A DNA stretch of 64,000 nt from Nitrosopumilus sp. (GCA_965205215.1 OZ242041.1:384001-448000), one strand, 5' to 3'; positions 39,928-50,358 are shown, counted from the stretch's first letter. The notes: generated from the sequence alone by a model not told the origin. Made by a program: numbers and translations.

Positions 39928-41607
39928 ATGAAAAATACTGGAATTTTACGGGCGCCTGTCGCGTGCGCCGCCCTGGCCGCCGTCTGCTGCCTGGCGCTGC
40001 TGCATGCGCCGTTGGCACTGCCTTTTGCAGAGGCCACTGCGGAGGCCTACGCCCAGGTTGCGGAGGCCGACGGCAGGGTGGCGGTACTGGAGACGCAGAT
40101 GGGCACGATCATAATAGAGTTCTTTCCGGCAGCGGCCCCCAACCACGTGTCCAACTTTGTCACCCTGGCAGAGTCCGGCTTTTATGACGGCACGCTGTTT
40201 CACAGGATCATACCCGGGTTTATGATACAGGGCGGGGATCCCAACACGGTCGATGGCGACCCCCGCACTTGGGGGATCGGAGGCCCCCCGCACTCCGTGG
40301 ACGCCGAGTTCAACGACATACCGCACGACCGCGGCATAGTCTCGATGGCAAGGAGCCAGGACCCTAACAGCGCCGGGTCGCAGTTCTTCATAGTCCACCA
40401 GAACTCTAACTTTCTTGATGGGCAGTACACCGTGTTTGGGAGGATTGTAACGGAGCAGAGCTTCGAGACGCTCGACGCCATCGCGGCAGCGGAGACGGGA
40501 GCCCAAGACAGGCCCGTCGACCCCGAGTCCGTGAGAATCCAGAGCATACGCATGGTGGACCGCTCCGCCATCGCGTCGCTGCCCGACGAGCCGGCTCCGG
40601 CGGCGGCGCAGCAGCCGGCGCAGGACCCGCTTGCCCCCGCCGACTCCGGCGAGCAGATCTATGACAGCTCCCGCCTTGGCATCACGTTTGTAGCTCCCGC
40701 CGGCTGGCTCTTGCAGGAGCCGGGGCGTTCGGATCCCGACGTGCCCGACGTCGTTGCGGTGGGGCCGCGGGCCGCCGGGGGAACCCCGCAGATCTACGTG
40801 TTTGTGAACGACGCGGGCCTGTCCACGCTGGAGCAGCTAGTCAGTGACCGAACGGCGGAGATCCGCGAGGTGCTGAGCGCCGAGGACTTTGCGACGTTTG
40901 AGCAGGAGCCGACCGTAGTGGCGGGCCTGCCGGCCCACGCCATGCGGGTGACCGAGACCATAACACTGAACAACGTGACCGCCAAGGTCTCGCTCATTGA
41001 GACCATCGTGTACGGGGACGGGCAGTACTATAGGCTGTCATACGCCAACATCCCCGAAAGGTTTGATGACATGATACCGCATTATCAGAGGATGCTGGAT
41101 ACGTTTGCGGTAAAGGAGGAAGCGCCACCTACTACCGACATGACCGACACAACCCCGGCCGATTCGTCACCACCACCACCACCGCAGGAACAGTCCGACG
41201 CTGCCCCGACCGACCCTGAGGGCGGGGGGTGCCTTATCGCGACTGCGGCGTTTGGCTCCGAACTTGAGCCCCAGATACAGTCCATGCGCGAACTGAGGGA
41301 CGGCACCGTCATGTCCACCAGCTCCGGCGCGGCGTTCATGTCGGGATTCAATGCCGTATACTATTCATTCTCGCCCGCCGTGGCGGACCTCGAGCGCGAA
41401 CATCCCGCGTTTAGGGATGCGGTAAGGGCGTTCATCACGCCCATGATATCCTCGCTCTCCATACTGGACGCGGCGGAGGCGGGCTCGGATCTGGACGTAA
41501 TCGTGTACGGCTCTGCTGTCATCTTGCTCAACGCCGGACTGTACGTCGCGGCGCCCTCCGCGGCGGTCATTGTAACCGTGAGGAGGCTGCGCCGCATGGC
41601 GCCGTAG
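39928..41607 (+). CDS. Exported cyclophilin-type PPIase with PsbP-like and CFI-box-CTERM domains
   Basis: FHRIIPGFMIQGGD, SAGSQFFI, C-terminal GGGCLIATAAFGS. Confidence 0.9.
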   Translation: MKNTGILRAPVACAALAAVCCLALLHAPLALPFAEATAEAYAQVAEADGRVAVLETQMGTIIIEFFPAAAPNHVSNFVTLAESGFYDGTLFHRIIPGFMIQGGDPNTVDGDPRTWGIGGPPHSVDAEFNDIPHDRGIVSMARSQDPNSAGSQFFIVHQNSNFLDGQYTVFGRIVTEQSFETLDAIAAAETGAQDRPVDPESVRIQSIRMVDRSAIASLPDEPAPAAAQQPAQDPLAPADSGEQIYDSSRLGITFVAPAGWLLQEPGRSDPDVPDVVAVGPRAAGGTPQIYVFVNDAGLSTLEQLVSDRTAEIREVLSAEDFATFEQEPTVVAGLPAHAMRVTETITLNNVTAKVSLIETIVYGDGQYYRLSYANIPERFDDMIPHYQRMLDTFAVKEEAPPTTDMTDTTPADSSPPPPPQEQSDAAPTDPEGGGCLIATAAFGSELEPQIQSMRELRDGTVMSTSSGAAFMSGFNAVYYSFSPAVADLEREHPAFRDAVRAFITPMISSLSILDAAEAGSDLDVIVYGSAVILLNAGLYVAAPSAAVIVTVRRLRRMAP

Positions 41608-41639
41608 TGCGGCCGCCCCTTGTAACGCGCGCGGCCCCG

Positions 41640-43106
41640 TCACCACATGTCGTCCACCTCGTCCAGCACCCTGTAATCCTTCTCGGCCCCGCGCCTTGCC
41701 AGCTTTAGCCTGGATATGTCCCTGCTAAAGAAGAGGTCGATCACCCAGTCAAGCAGCACCCTGCTCTTCTTCTCCCCCGACGAGATCTTTGATAGGTAGA
41801 CGCCCCTCCATATGAGCCAGGCCCAGAACCCGGACATATTCACGCCAAACACGGACGCGATCGCGGACCTCTTGCCTATGACGGCCATCTGGCCTCTGGG
41901 CTTGAATTCAAATCTCTCCTTTTCGCGGTTTCTTATCAGCGCAACCAGGTTCTTGGCGGCCGTCTTACCCTGAGCCTCTGCCAGCTGCGCGGTGGGCGGG
42001 ACGGGCCTGCCCGTGTCCGGTTCTACGAACAGCGCGCAGTCCCCGACTGCAAAGACCCCCGGAAACTCGGGCACCTCCAGGTAGTCATCCACTATGACCT
42101 TTCCCCTCTGCGTCTTTAGCATGGCTCTCTTGATCATGTCGACGGGCGTGACGCCCGCCGTCCAGATCAGGGTTTTTGACATTATCACCTCATCGTCATC
42201 ATCGCTACCGTTACCGTTCTCCTCCCCCCTGGGCCCTCCGCCACCGTTGCCACCGTTTCCGTCCCCCGCCAGCCTCTTCACCGTTATCTCCTCCCCGTCA
42301 AACGCCCTTACGGCTGACTGCAGCCTGAACTCTATCCCCCTCTCCTCCATCCGTCTCTTTGCAAATGCGGCCAGATCCTTGTTGAACCCGGGAAGTATCT
42401 CCTGCAGCGCCTCTAGTATCACGACCCTTACGTCGTCCTTCCCTACGGAGCGATAATGCTTGTGCGCGTCGTGCAGCAGGTCCATAAGCTCCCCCGCGGT
42501 CTCGATGCCTGCAAAGCCCGCCCCAACCACCACGAAGTTCAGCAGGCGCCTGCGCAGCGCGGGATCCGCCTCGTTCTCGGCCCTCTCAAGCATGTCAATC
42601 ACCCTGTTTCTGAGCTCGGCCGCGTCGTTGAGCGTCTTCATCGTAAAGGCGTTCCTCTCGACGTCGGGCATCCCAAAGAAGTTGGCCTCGCTTCCGAGCG
42701 CCACCACCGCAAAGTCGTAATGCATGGTCAGGCGCCCGGCATCGCCCCCTCCCCACACGGTTATGGTCTTCGCGTACGGGTCTATGCCCCTTACCCTGCC
42801 CTCAAAGAAGCGCGTCCTCTTGCAGATGGTCCGTATGGGCGTAACGATGTGCCTGGTCTCGATCATACCCGACACGACCTGGGGCAGCATGGGCGTAAAG
42901 AGCAGAAAGTTGTCCTCGTTTATCATAACCAGATCGACGTCGGGATCGTCGCCGAGCTCGGATTCTAGCTGGCGCGCGCACGCGACGCCGGCAAAGCCGC
43001 CGCCGGCAATCACTATTCTTTTTCTGGGTTTGGCGGCCCCGCGCCCGTTGTCTCCGATGCTGCCGCCGCTGTCAGACACCAAGCAGCGCCCCGCGTCCGC
43101 GGTCAC
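41640..43106 (-). CDS. Type II NADH dehydrogenase-like FAD-dependent oxidoreductase
   Basis: GGGFAG, FTPMLP, GAGFAGIE, WTAGV, AVGDCA, PPTAQ. Confidence 0.9.
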   Translation of the reverse strand: MTADAGRCLVSDSGGSIGDNGRGAAKPRKRIVIAGGGFAGVACARQLESELGDDPDVDLVMINEDNFLLFTPMLPQVVSGMIETRHIVTPIRTICKRTRFFEGRVRGIDPYAKTITVWGGGDAGRLTMHYDFAVVALGSEANFFGMPDVERNAFTMKTLNDAAELRNRVIDMLERAENEADPALRRRLLNFVVVGAGFAGIETAGELMDLLHDAHKHYRSVGKDDVRVVILEALQEILPGFNKDLAAFAKRRMEERGIEFRLQSAVRAFDGEEITVKRLAGDGNGGNGGGGPRGEENGNGSDDDDEVIMSKTLIWTAGVTPVDMIKRAMLKTQRGKVIVDDYLEVPEFPGVFAVGDCALFVEPDTGRPVPPTAQLAEAQGKTAAKNLVALIRNREKERFEFKPRGQMAVIGKRSAIASVFGVNMSGFWAWLIWRGVYLSKISSGEKKSRVLLDWVIDLFFSRDISRLKLARRGAEKDYRVLDEVDDMW

Positions 43107-43124
43107 AATATATGCTGTGTGAAT

Positions 43125-43856
43125 CTATATCCTCGCCCGGGACGCGCCGGCGCGCAGGACCTCGTACGCGCGCGCTGCATCCTTCTCCCTCAGTACGACC
43201 GTGATGCCGTCCTGGCCGAAATACGCGTTGACAATCTCTATTCCCGCCGCGTGCAGTATCTCGGCCACATGGGACACAATGTCAGACGGGCCGTCTCGGG
43301 CACGCGCGGCGGAGGGCAGCACGATCCTGATCTTGGCCAAACCCGTACTGAACATCCTCTCCTCCTCCTCGTAGTCTCCACGGCCCCCAGCCGTTGACTC
43401 CTTCCTGAGCATGCCCCTGAACATCTCCCTTACGTCCTCCATATCCTCGGCAAGGAACCTAAACGAGTCCGACAGCCTGAAAAACTCGTAGTTGCCGCCC
43501 ATCTTTGCAAACTTTGCAAGCATCTCTGGCGCCCCACCCAGCCTGTCAAACTCCTCTGCTGAAAACCTGATGTCCATCATCCCGTCAGTCAGCACCACCC
43601 TTGCGTTCTTCAGCACGGACTCTTCCCCCTTGGCTGCGTCCTCCCTGACCGAGAGCCGGTCCGCGTACCTCTTGATGGCCACCACGATCGTGTTCAGGTT
43701 GACGGAGCCGCCGAGCATGCGCTCCACCTCGGGCTGGATCCTCACCGCCAGCGCCGTATAGTTGATCAGGTCCATCCTCATGCAGTCGTATACGGAGCGG
43801 TTTCTTGTTATGATCTCCCTTATGGCGTCCGGAACGGAGACTCCGACTGTCCGCAT
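43125..43856 (-). CDS. ACT-domain-containing regulatory protein
   Basis: DLINYTALA...AIKRY N-terminus; C-terminal ACT-like domain. Confidence 0.78.
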   Translation of the reverse strand: MRTVGVSVPDAIREIITRNRSVYDCMRMDLINYTALAVRIQPEVERMLGGSVNLNTIVVAIKRYADRLSVREDAAKGEESVLKNARVVLTDGMMDIRFSAEEFDRLGGAPEMLAKFAKMGGNYEFFRLSDSFRFLAEDMEDVREMFRGMLRKESTAGGRGDYEEEERMFSTGLAKIRIVLPSAARARDGPSDIVSHVAEILHAAGIEIVNAYFGQDGITVVLREKDAARAYEVLRAGASRARI

Positions 43857-43925
43857 GCCATATTACAGCCTGTAAACTATAATAGTCTTTTGTAATATCA
43901 CACCCTAATTAGAATAATATTTATA

Positions 43926-43947
43926 TTATGTAATATACATTACATAA
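43926..43947. promoter_or_regulatory. Inverted-repeat operator candidate upstream of hsp20
   Basis: TTATGTAAT-N4-ATTACATAA, perfect 9-bp inverted repeat. Confidence 0.5.
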
Positions 43948-43962
43948 ACAGGTGAATATGAC

Positions 43963-44517
43963 ATGTTCTTCGAGAACGAGGCGGACAGGCTCCTGAAGAG
44001 GCTCTTCTCCGATCCATTCTTTGGGATGGGGGGAGGCTCCTGCGAGGGGGGCTCGTGCCGCACAGACCACGAAGAGAGTGCCGACTGGCTCCAGAGCCCA
44101 GGCGTGCGGTCCTATGGCTTTGTAATGACTACAGGGCCGGACGGCCGTCCCGTCGTACGCGAGTACGGAAACGCCGGGATCGTGGGGCGCCGACCCGCCC
44201 ACCTGCCCGGCGCAGGGGGCGCAGTCGAGACTAGGGAGCCCCTGGTGGACACCATAGTCGACGAGAAGGAGAAGGTTGTCAAGATGATAACCGAGATGCC
44301 CGGCGTAGAGAAGCGCGACATCAGGATCGCAGTAGAGGGAAAACACGTGTCAGTCTCCGCGGAAGGCGGGGGCGGCAAGAAGTACCAGGTGCGGATCCCG
44401 CTTGAGCGCAAGGTCAACACCAACTCTGCCAAGGCATCCTACCGCAACGGCATTCTCCAGATCACCTTCGGCTTGGCCGAAGGCGCAAACCGCGGAAAGA
44501 CGGTCAAGGTAGACTGA
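43963..44517 (+). CDS. Small heat-shock protein Hsp20
   Basis: REPLVD, EMPGVEK, ASYRNGIL. Confidence 0.92.
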   Translation: MFFENEADRLLKRLFSDPFFGMGGGSCEGGSCRTDHEESADWLQSPGVRSYGFVMTTGPDGRPVVREYGNAGIVGRRPAHLPGAGGAVETREPLVDTIVDEKEKVVKMITEMPGVEKRDIRIAVEGKHVSVSAEGGGGKKYQVRIPLERKVNTNSAKASYRNGILQITFGLAEGANRGKTVKVD

Positions 44518-44782
44518 GTCCTCCGCACCCCCCTTCTTTTTCTTTATCTGCTTGGCCGACTCGTATGGTATTGGGCAGCAAACCGACTTTTTACATACTG
44601 CGCCCTGCTCGCATGCTCTCGTCCACGCTGGACGGCAGCATTAAGGTGACAATAGGGGAGGCAAACATGGCCGTTGTTTTTGCGGTACGGCGTCTGGACA
44701 ACTCTGCCGTCACCATAACTGCAAGCGGCGCTTTTTATGGCGGCATCGGCCGTGTCGTCCCCACCCGCCCGTCGTGCCCTGC

Positions 44783-45448
44783 CTAGCAGTACCGCCTGCA
44801 CGCTATCGGCATCTCTAGCTTGTTATACTGCTTTCTTAATTTAGTGCCGACGGTCAATCTCGCCTGATTGAATATTGCCGAGACCTCCGCGTTGGACCGG
44901 CCAAGGCTCAGGTTGGAGCCTGATATCGTGGCTGCATCGAGGATGATGCCGCCCAGGTGGGCCGATGCGTCGTGCAGGCTTCCTTGGCACTCGGGTGCCG
45001 CGTCCTGGGCCAGCTGCATGTGTGCGGTGCGCACCACATACAGCGCAGGCAGCAACATGCGGGGCATCTGGCGCGCCGTGACAGGCGTCACCGTTCTCTG
45101 GCGCGCGCGGATCAGCGCCTCAAGCATGACGGACATCACGTGCTCTTGGCCCATCGACTTGGTGTGCACCTCGTTGCTGGGGTCATACTTGTGGGCCAGC
45201 CTCCTGTTGCGCTCGCGTATGTCGCGCACCTGCCCCCTTATGGACGCAATCGCGGAGTCAAGCGCGTCCGTTGCAAGTTCCAGCCTCGTAAGTATGCCAG
45301 AGGCGGTAATGGCAGCGCTGGCGACAGCGGGGTTCAGCCAGTACAGGTCGCCCATGTCATGTCCCGCGTGCCCCGTGATGGCGCCGCTCGCGGCGCCCCC
45401 GCGTCCCTCCACGTCCGCCTGCAAGTCCGGCGTCAGCATAGCGGCCAT
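44783..45448 (-). CDS. Hypothetical helical protein, probable divergent CdvB/ESCRT-III paralogue
   Basis: C-terminal half aligns by eye with the CdvB paralogues in this window. Confidence 0.55.
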   Translation of the reverse strand: MAAMLTPDLQADVEGRGGAASGAITGHAGHDMGDLYWLNPAVASAAITASGILTRLELATDALDSAIASIRGQVRDIRERNRRLAHKYDPSNEVHTKSMGQEHVMSVMLEALIRARQRTVTPVTARQMPRMLLPALYVVRTAHMQLAQDAAPECQGSLHDASAHLGGIILDAATISGSNLSLGRSNAEVSAIFNQARLTVGTKLRKQYNKLEMPIACRRYC

Positions 45449-45837
45449 ACATACCCTTACGCCCTGCGTTATATAAGGAGATATATCCAAATCTGGAGTG
45501 CCTTTTTGCCTGCAAGATCTGGCCCGTGACCTGCAAGGCGGGCCTGCACCCGTACGAACGGCATTGGCGCAAGGAATCGACCTGCAGTTGAAAAGTCGGC
45601 GTTGGTCCATACGGCAACTATTCTAAAGACTGGCAGGCGCCGAGAGTTTTACTGTTCGCGTATGGCCAATGGATGCCTCGCAGGACTTTTTGTAGTACCA
45701 TGCCTGCTTGCCCTAGGCCTTCGCCCCGGTCTCCGCATGCGAGCCCGCGCTCTTGCCAAGGAGCGGTCGTGGTGGGGTACTGGCGGCGCGGCAACCCAAG
45801 ACATGAATATGCTGCCGTCGTACCGGAATCGCCTGCC

Positions 45838-46338
45838 ATGAACGCGGATCCGTATGACATACTTGGAGCCTCGCCGCTGGACCCACCCGAGACGATCAAG
45901 GCCAAGTACCGCAGCTGCATACTGAGGTACCACCCCGACAGGCCCTCTGGCGATATAGAGATGTACAAGATGGTGTTGTGGGCGTACAACAGCATAGCGG
46001 ATCACCACAGCGCGGGGCCGGACATGCCGCGCAAGAGCGGCCACATCAGGAAGCAGTCGGCCAAGTATACGCGCAAGGACCCGTCCAAGAAGGGCAGGGC
46101 CGCCCGCCAGAAGACGCGCCGCCGCAGCAGATCCCAGGGCCGCCCGCCGGCGCGGTGCACCTCGTGCGGCGGGGACGGGTATCACGAGCGCAAGACGGGC
46201 ATGCTGTTCCGCAAGACGCGCAGGTACGCATGCACCTCGTGCGGCGGCACCGGCAAGGTGGATAATGCCGCTGCAGGCCGGGGACGGGGAAGCGGGAATG
46301 GGGACGGGGTGCAGGACGCGCAAAGGCCATCCCCCTAG
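45838..46338 (+). CDS. J-domain protein with two CxxCxGxG zinc repeats
   Basis: DPYDILG...YHPD; CTSCGGDG and CTSCGGTG. Confidence 0.8.
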   Translation: MNADPYDILGASPLDPPETIKAKYRSCILRYHPDRPSGDIEMYKMVLWAYNSIADHHSAGPDMPRKSGHIRKQSAKYTRKDPSKKGRAARQKTRRRSRSQGRPPARCTSCGGDGYHERKTGMLFRKTRRYACTSCGGTGKVDNAAAGRGRGSGNGDGVQDAQRPSP

Positions 46339-46372
46339 CCCGGGAGAAGCCGGATGACGGGCGAGGAACGTA

Positions 46373-46564
46373 CTAGCGCCTTATGGAGTCCAGCGTGTGC
46401 CCGCGGTTGGTCACCATCTGGATCACGGCCTCGGTGGTATAGTCTATCCCGTGCTCCTCCTCGAAATGATGCCTCAGTTTTTGAATGGTATCCGCGGTCG
46501 CCTTGGCGTTAAGGGTAAAACTGCACTCAAAGCCATAGTCTGCGCACCTCAGGTTGAGAACCAT
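46373..46564 (-). CDS. Small metal-binding protein (DUF1059-like)
   Basis: CADYGFEC...HFEEEHG. Confidence 0.8.
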   Translation of the reverse strand: MVLNLRCADYGFECSFTLNAKATADTIQKLRHHFEEEHGIDYTTEAVIQMVTNRGHTLDSIRR

Positions 46565-46648
46565 TGTCAGGGCGGAAAATTCAAACCTATAAAATTGTAA
46601 TTAAGGGACGCCGCGCCTTTTATACGGCCTCTGCGCCGCGGTCATGCG

Positions 46649-46978
46649 TTGCTGGATCTAGACAGGAGGGTGTTCGGGCGCATAGTGGCAAGGGAGATCA
46701 TCGGAGCCCGGCCGCCCGCCGTTCCGGACACCAGGGACATGCTTGCCTCCGAGCTTGAGGTGTTGCTGGCGGGACTTGCGGGCGCCGACGCGGAGGAGCT
46801 CCGGCGGCTGCTTGCAGAACAGATGGATGCAGACTCCGCCGTCAACGGCAGGCCTGGCGCCATGGCGCTGGCCCAGGATAAGATACGCCTCTTCAACGAG
46901 TACAGCCGGAGGTATACGGAGGCCATACGCGCAAGGTGCGACGGCGGGGAGCCGGCGCCGGACGGTGCCAACAAGTGA
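46649..46978 (+). CDS. Hypothetical protein
   Basis: TATA-like box about 25 bp upstream; helical protein-like composition. Confidence 0.65.
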   Translation: MLDLDRRVFGRIVAREIIGARPPAVPDTRDMLASELEVLLAGLAGADAEELRRLLAEQMDADSAVNGRPGAMALAQDKIRLFNEYSRRYTEAIRARCDGGEPAPDGANK

Positions 46979-46995
46979 CGGCCGCGCCCGGCCTG

Positions 46996-48051
46996 TTACC
47001 CTTTGCGCCCCCCGTCCCCGCCGAACCTTCGCTTTAGCAGGATTGAGATGACCGCGCCCGCGGGGATCCCCGCTATCGTGCCTATGCTCACGTAGGGCGC
47101 GATGAAGATATTTCCCAGCCATATGCCACCCTCGGCGGTAAGCTCCATGAACATCCTGGGCCGCAGCACGGTCGACACGGTCTGCGCGTCGGACTGCTCC
47201 TCCCCCACGTCGTCCACGTACTGGACCGTGATCTCAAACGGCAGCTTGTACTCCGTGGGTACCTCCTCTGCCGGCGTGACTATTCTCGAGGTTATGCTGA
47301 CGGGCACCCCCCTCTCTATCTTTGAGAACGCGTGCAGCGTCTCGCCCCGGAACTCGATGTCCGACGGCGGGATTATCCTGATCCGCGCGTCCCTGAGATC
47401 AATGTCGTTTGATAAAACCTCGACCGTAATTGGGAACTCGGCGTTGCCGAATATCGACTCTGGCATCTGCGTGCGGATGCTGACGCTCGCGTCTCCCTTT
47501 ATCTTGATCGGGACCGCTATGTCGTAAAAGAACGGCGCCTGGGGCTCTTCGTTGTTTGCAACCAGGACGTGAGTGTAACGCAGGTTCAGATAGTGCGTGC
47601 CGGGGCCCGCGTCGTCGGCCGCGGATATGGCGATGCTCTCGCCGTACGAGCCGCCCTCGGCCAGCCGCCCTATGGCCAGGGCGTCCGGGGGGTCGGCGCC
47701 GACTGTCCCGTCGTCGGACAGCGATATCTCAAAGGAGATGTCCTGCTTGTCCTCCCAGCCGTTGTTCTTGACGAGGATGGAGACGGTCCCCTCCCTTCCC
47801 GCGACTAGGCCGTCAGGATATGTTATCTCTATGTTTATTCCGCCCTCCACGGAGTGCGCATCCACGAGGGATCCCACCTCTGCGTGCGCCGCGTGCGGCA
47901 CGGATGCTCCTGCATATGCGACGGCCACTGTCATTACCACGAGTGCCAGCACTGGAGGCGACGGCAATGACGGTGGTGACCGTGGTGGTGGCGGCCGCGG
48001 CGCCCCTTGTGCACCGGCGTTCCCGCACCGCGACGGCAACCGATCCCTCAT
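46996..48051 (-). CDS. Exported Ig-like (COG1361-type) membrane-anchored protein
   Basis: Signal region, beta-rich domains, C-terminal TM helix plus KRR; start uncertain. Confidence 0.72.
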   Translation of the reverse strand: MRDRLPSRCGNAGAQGAPRPPPPRSPPSLPSPPVLALVVMTVAVAYAGASVPHAAHAEVGSLVDAHSVEGGINIEITYPDGLVAGREGTVSILVKNNGWEDKQDISFEISLSDDGTVGADPPDALAIGRLAEGGSYGESIAISAADDAGPGTHYLNLRYTHVLVANNEEPQAPFFYDIAVPIKIKGDASVSIRTQMPESIFGNAEFPITVEVLSNDIDLRDARIRIIPPSDIEFRGETLHAFSKIERGVPVSITSRIVTPAEEVPTEYKLPFEITVQYVDDVGEEQSDAQTVSTVLRPRMFMELTAEGGIWLGNIFIAPYVSIGTIAGIPAGAVISILLKRRFGGDGGRKG

Positions 48052-48209
48052 GCCTCCTTATAGGGGCGGTTTGATAATAATACACTGCCTGCAGATCCAC
48101 GCCCGTGGCTGCGGACGCACGGGCGCCTTGGCATGTGCGTGCCTACAGCGCCCGTTGTGCCCCGAATGAGTTCATGATTAATAAAGACCACTTTTTGAGG
48201 TTAATAGCC

Positions 48210-49112
48210 ATGGTAAGTGTATCAAAAGATCTGTGTAACAGGTGCAGGGGCGTCATGGTCACCGACAACGAGTCTGGAGAGATGTTCTGCTCCGCCTGCG
48301 GCTACGTGGTATCTGAAAAGCTGCAGGAGTCGGGACCTGAGTGGCGCTCGTTTGCCCAGGACGAGCACGGCGATCGTGCAAGGGCCGGGGCCCCGACCTC
48401 GCTGACAATGCATGACATGGGGCTTGCGACCATCATCAATCCTCTGAACAAGGATGCCTCCGGGCGCCCGCTTGCCGCGACCATGAAGAGCACCATAGAG
48501 CGGCTCCGTACGTGGGACAGCCGCAGCCAGGTGCACGAGCCGGTTGATCGCAACTTCAGGCAGGCGTTCAGCGAGCTTAACCGCCTAAAGGACAAGATGG
48601 CAATCTCGGATCCCGTGATCGAGAAGGCCGCCTACATATACAGAAAGGCGCTCGACAAGGGGCTTGTACGGGGCCGTTCCATATCGGCCCTGATGGCATC
48701 CGCCCTGTACGCGGCGTGCAGGGAGACCGCCACGCCGCGGAACCTCAAGGACGTGGAGCAGGCCGCCAACATCAAGCGCAAGGACATCGCGAGATGCTAC
48801 CGGCTGCTTGTCAAGGAGCTCGACCTGAGGATGCCCGTCACGGACTCGATCCAGTGCATTGCAAGGATCGCAAGCAGGATTGGGATAGAGGAGAAGACGA
48901 AGAGGTACGCAATAAAGGTCCTCAAAAAGGCGCAGGAGAACGAGGTCTCCGCCGGAAAGGATCCGATGGGGCTTGCGGCCGCGGCGCTGTACCTGTCGTG
49001 CGTCAAGAACGGGGAGGACAAGACCCAGCGCGACATAGCAGAGTCGGCAAACGTGACAGAGGTTACCATACGGAACAGGTACAAGGGGCTCAAGGACTCG
49101 CTCGACCTCTGA
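48210..49112 (+). CDS. tfb: Transcription initiation factor IIB
   Basis: Zinc ribbon, GPEWRSF, HDMGL, GKDPMGLAAAALY, VTEVTIRNRY. Confidence 0.96.
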   Translation: MVSVSKDLCNRCRGVMVTDNESGEMFCSACGYVVSEKLQESGPEWRSFAQDEHGDRARAGAPTSLTMHDMGLATIINPLNKDASGRPLAATMKSTIERLRTWDSRSQVHEPVDRNFRQAFSELNRLKDKMAISDPVIEKAAYIYRKALDKGLVRGRSISALMASALYAACRETATPRNLKDVEQAANIKRKDIARCYRLLVKELDLRMPVTDSIQCIARIASRIGIEEKTKRYAIKVLKKAQENEVSAGKDPMGLAAAALYLSCVKNGEDKTQRDIAESANVTEVTIRNRYKGLKDSLDL

Positions 49113-49206
49113 CTCCGTTATCCGAGTTTTTCTTTACCGCCTTGACGCGCGCGGCGCGGCATAGGTGCCGCCGCCCGATCATTATTAAGCCCCGCCTGCG
49201 CCCCGC

Positions 49207-49761
49207 GTGACGTTGAGCGCGACGGAGGAGCTGCGGCGTGACCACATACAGGTGCGCAGGTTCGACAGCATAGTCACAAAGTGCTACACCGCGCTATACG
49301 ACGGCAGGAGCGTCCCGTTCGGCGACGTTGAAAAGATTGCGCGCGTAATGGAGGAGTTTCTTGACGCCGTGCACTACTCCCGGGAGGAGGACTCGTACTT
49401 TCCGTGCGTCGCAAGCTACGACCACCTGAGGCGCGAGATCCACGTGCTGCTGGTAGAGCACGAGTTCTCCAGGCGCGTCGCGGTGCAGCTGCGGCGGTAC
49501 ATGCGGCGCTGGAAAGAGGAGGGGAGCGACCTGAACGCGCGCGAGCCCATCGCCCGGTACATGAGGGCGTACTCAGTATACATATCCGACCACCTCTCAA
49601 AGGAGGAGGACTTTTTTGACAGGGCCGAGGCAGAGATACTCTCAAAGGAGGAAGAGTTCGAGATGTACGAGCAGTTCCGCTCCGTAGTGGCCACGTCCAA
49701 GAAGCTTGACGATCTGATGGGCGACATAGACCATCTCGAGTCGCAGCCCTGGGCGGCCTGA
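49207..49761 (+). CDS. Hemerythrin-domain protein
   Basis: DH, HYSREE, EHE, HLSKEE motifs. Confidence 0.85.
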   Translation: MTLSATEELRRDHIQVRRFDSIVTKCYTALYDGRSVPFGDVEKIARVMEEFLDAVHYSREEDSYFPCVASYDHLRREIHVLLVEHEFSRRVAVQLRRYMRRWKEEGSDLNAREPIARYMRAYSVYISDHLSKEEDFFDRAEAEILSKEEEFEMYEQFRSVVATSKKLDDLMGDIDHLESQPWAA

Positions 49762-49839
49762 CACCCGCCGCTGTCCCAGCTGCGCGCGGCCCTGCCGGTC
49801 ACGGCAAGCTCTTTAAGGCCGGCCCTGTGCCAGTGCGTC

Positions 49840-50358
49840 ATGGCAAGGCCGTTCGTACTGTGGATGACGGGACTGCCGTGCTCCGGCAAGACCACCATAG
49901 TGAAGGATCTCCAAAGGGACATTCCAAACTTGGCGATGCTCGACGGCGACGAGCTGAGGGAGTGGCTGTCCCCCAAGGACTTTTCAAAGGAGGGGCGCGA
50001 CGAGCACAACAAAAAGGTCGCGCACCTTGCCAAGATGCTGCTAAGGCACGGGGTTCCCAGCGTGGTATCGCTGGTCTCCCCTTACGCGGAGAACAGGGAG
50101 AACGCCCGGAGCATAGTGGACTCTGGCGACCAGTTTGCCGAGTGCTACGTCAAGTGCTCCCTTGCAAAGTGCGAGGAGCGAGACGTCAAGGGCATGTACG
50201 CCAAGGCCCGCAGGGGCGAGATCAAGGGGTTTACGGGGATAGACGACCCGTACGAGGCTCCCGAGAACGCGGATCTCATAGTCGACACGGAGGACGAGCC
50301 GCTGGAGGACAGCGCGCAAAAGGTAAAGTCATTTCTCCGCGGCCGCGGCCTGATCTGA
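49840..50358 (+). CDS. cysC: Adenylyl-sulfate kinase
   Basis: TGLPCSGKTT, LDGD, RDVKGMY, FTGIDDPYE. Confidence 0.95.
   Translation: MARPFVLWMTGLPCSGKTTIVKDLQRDIPNLAMLDGDELREWLSPKDFSKEGRDEHNKKVAHLAKMLLRHGVPSVVSLVSPYAENRENARSIVDSGDQFAECYVKCSLAKCEERDVKGMYAKARRGEIKGFTGIDDPYEAPENADLIVDTEDEPLEDSAQKVKSFLRGRGLI

Noticed and set aside
44565-44786. Possible 57-73 aa ORF
   Set aside because: No recognisable motif; cannot be supported without a search
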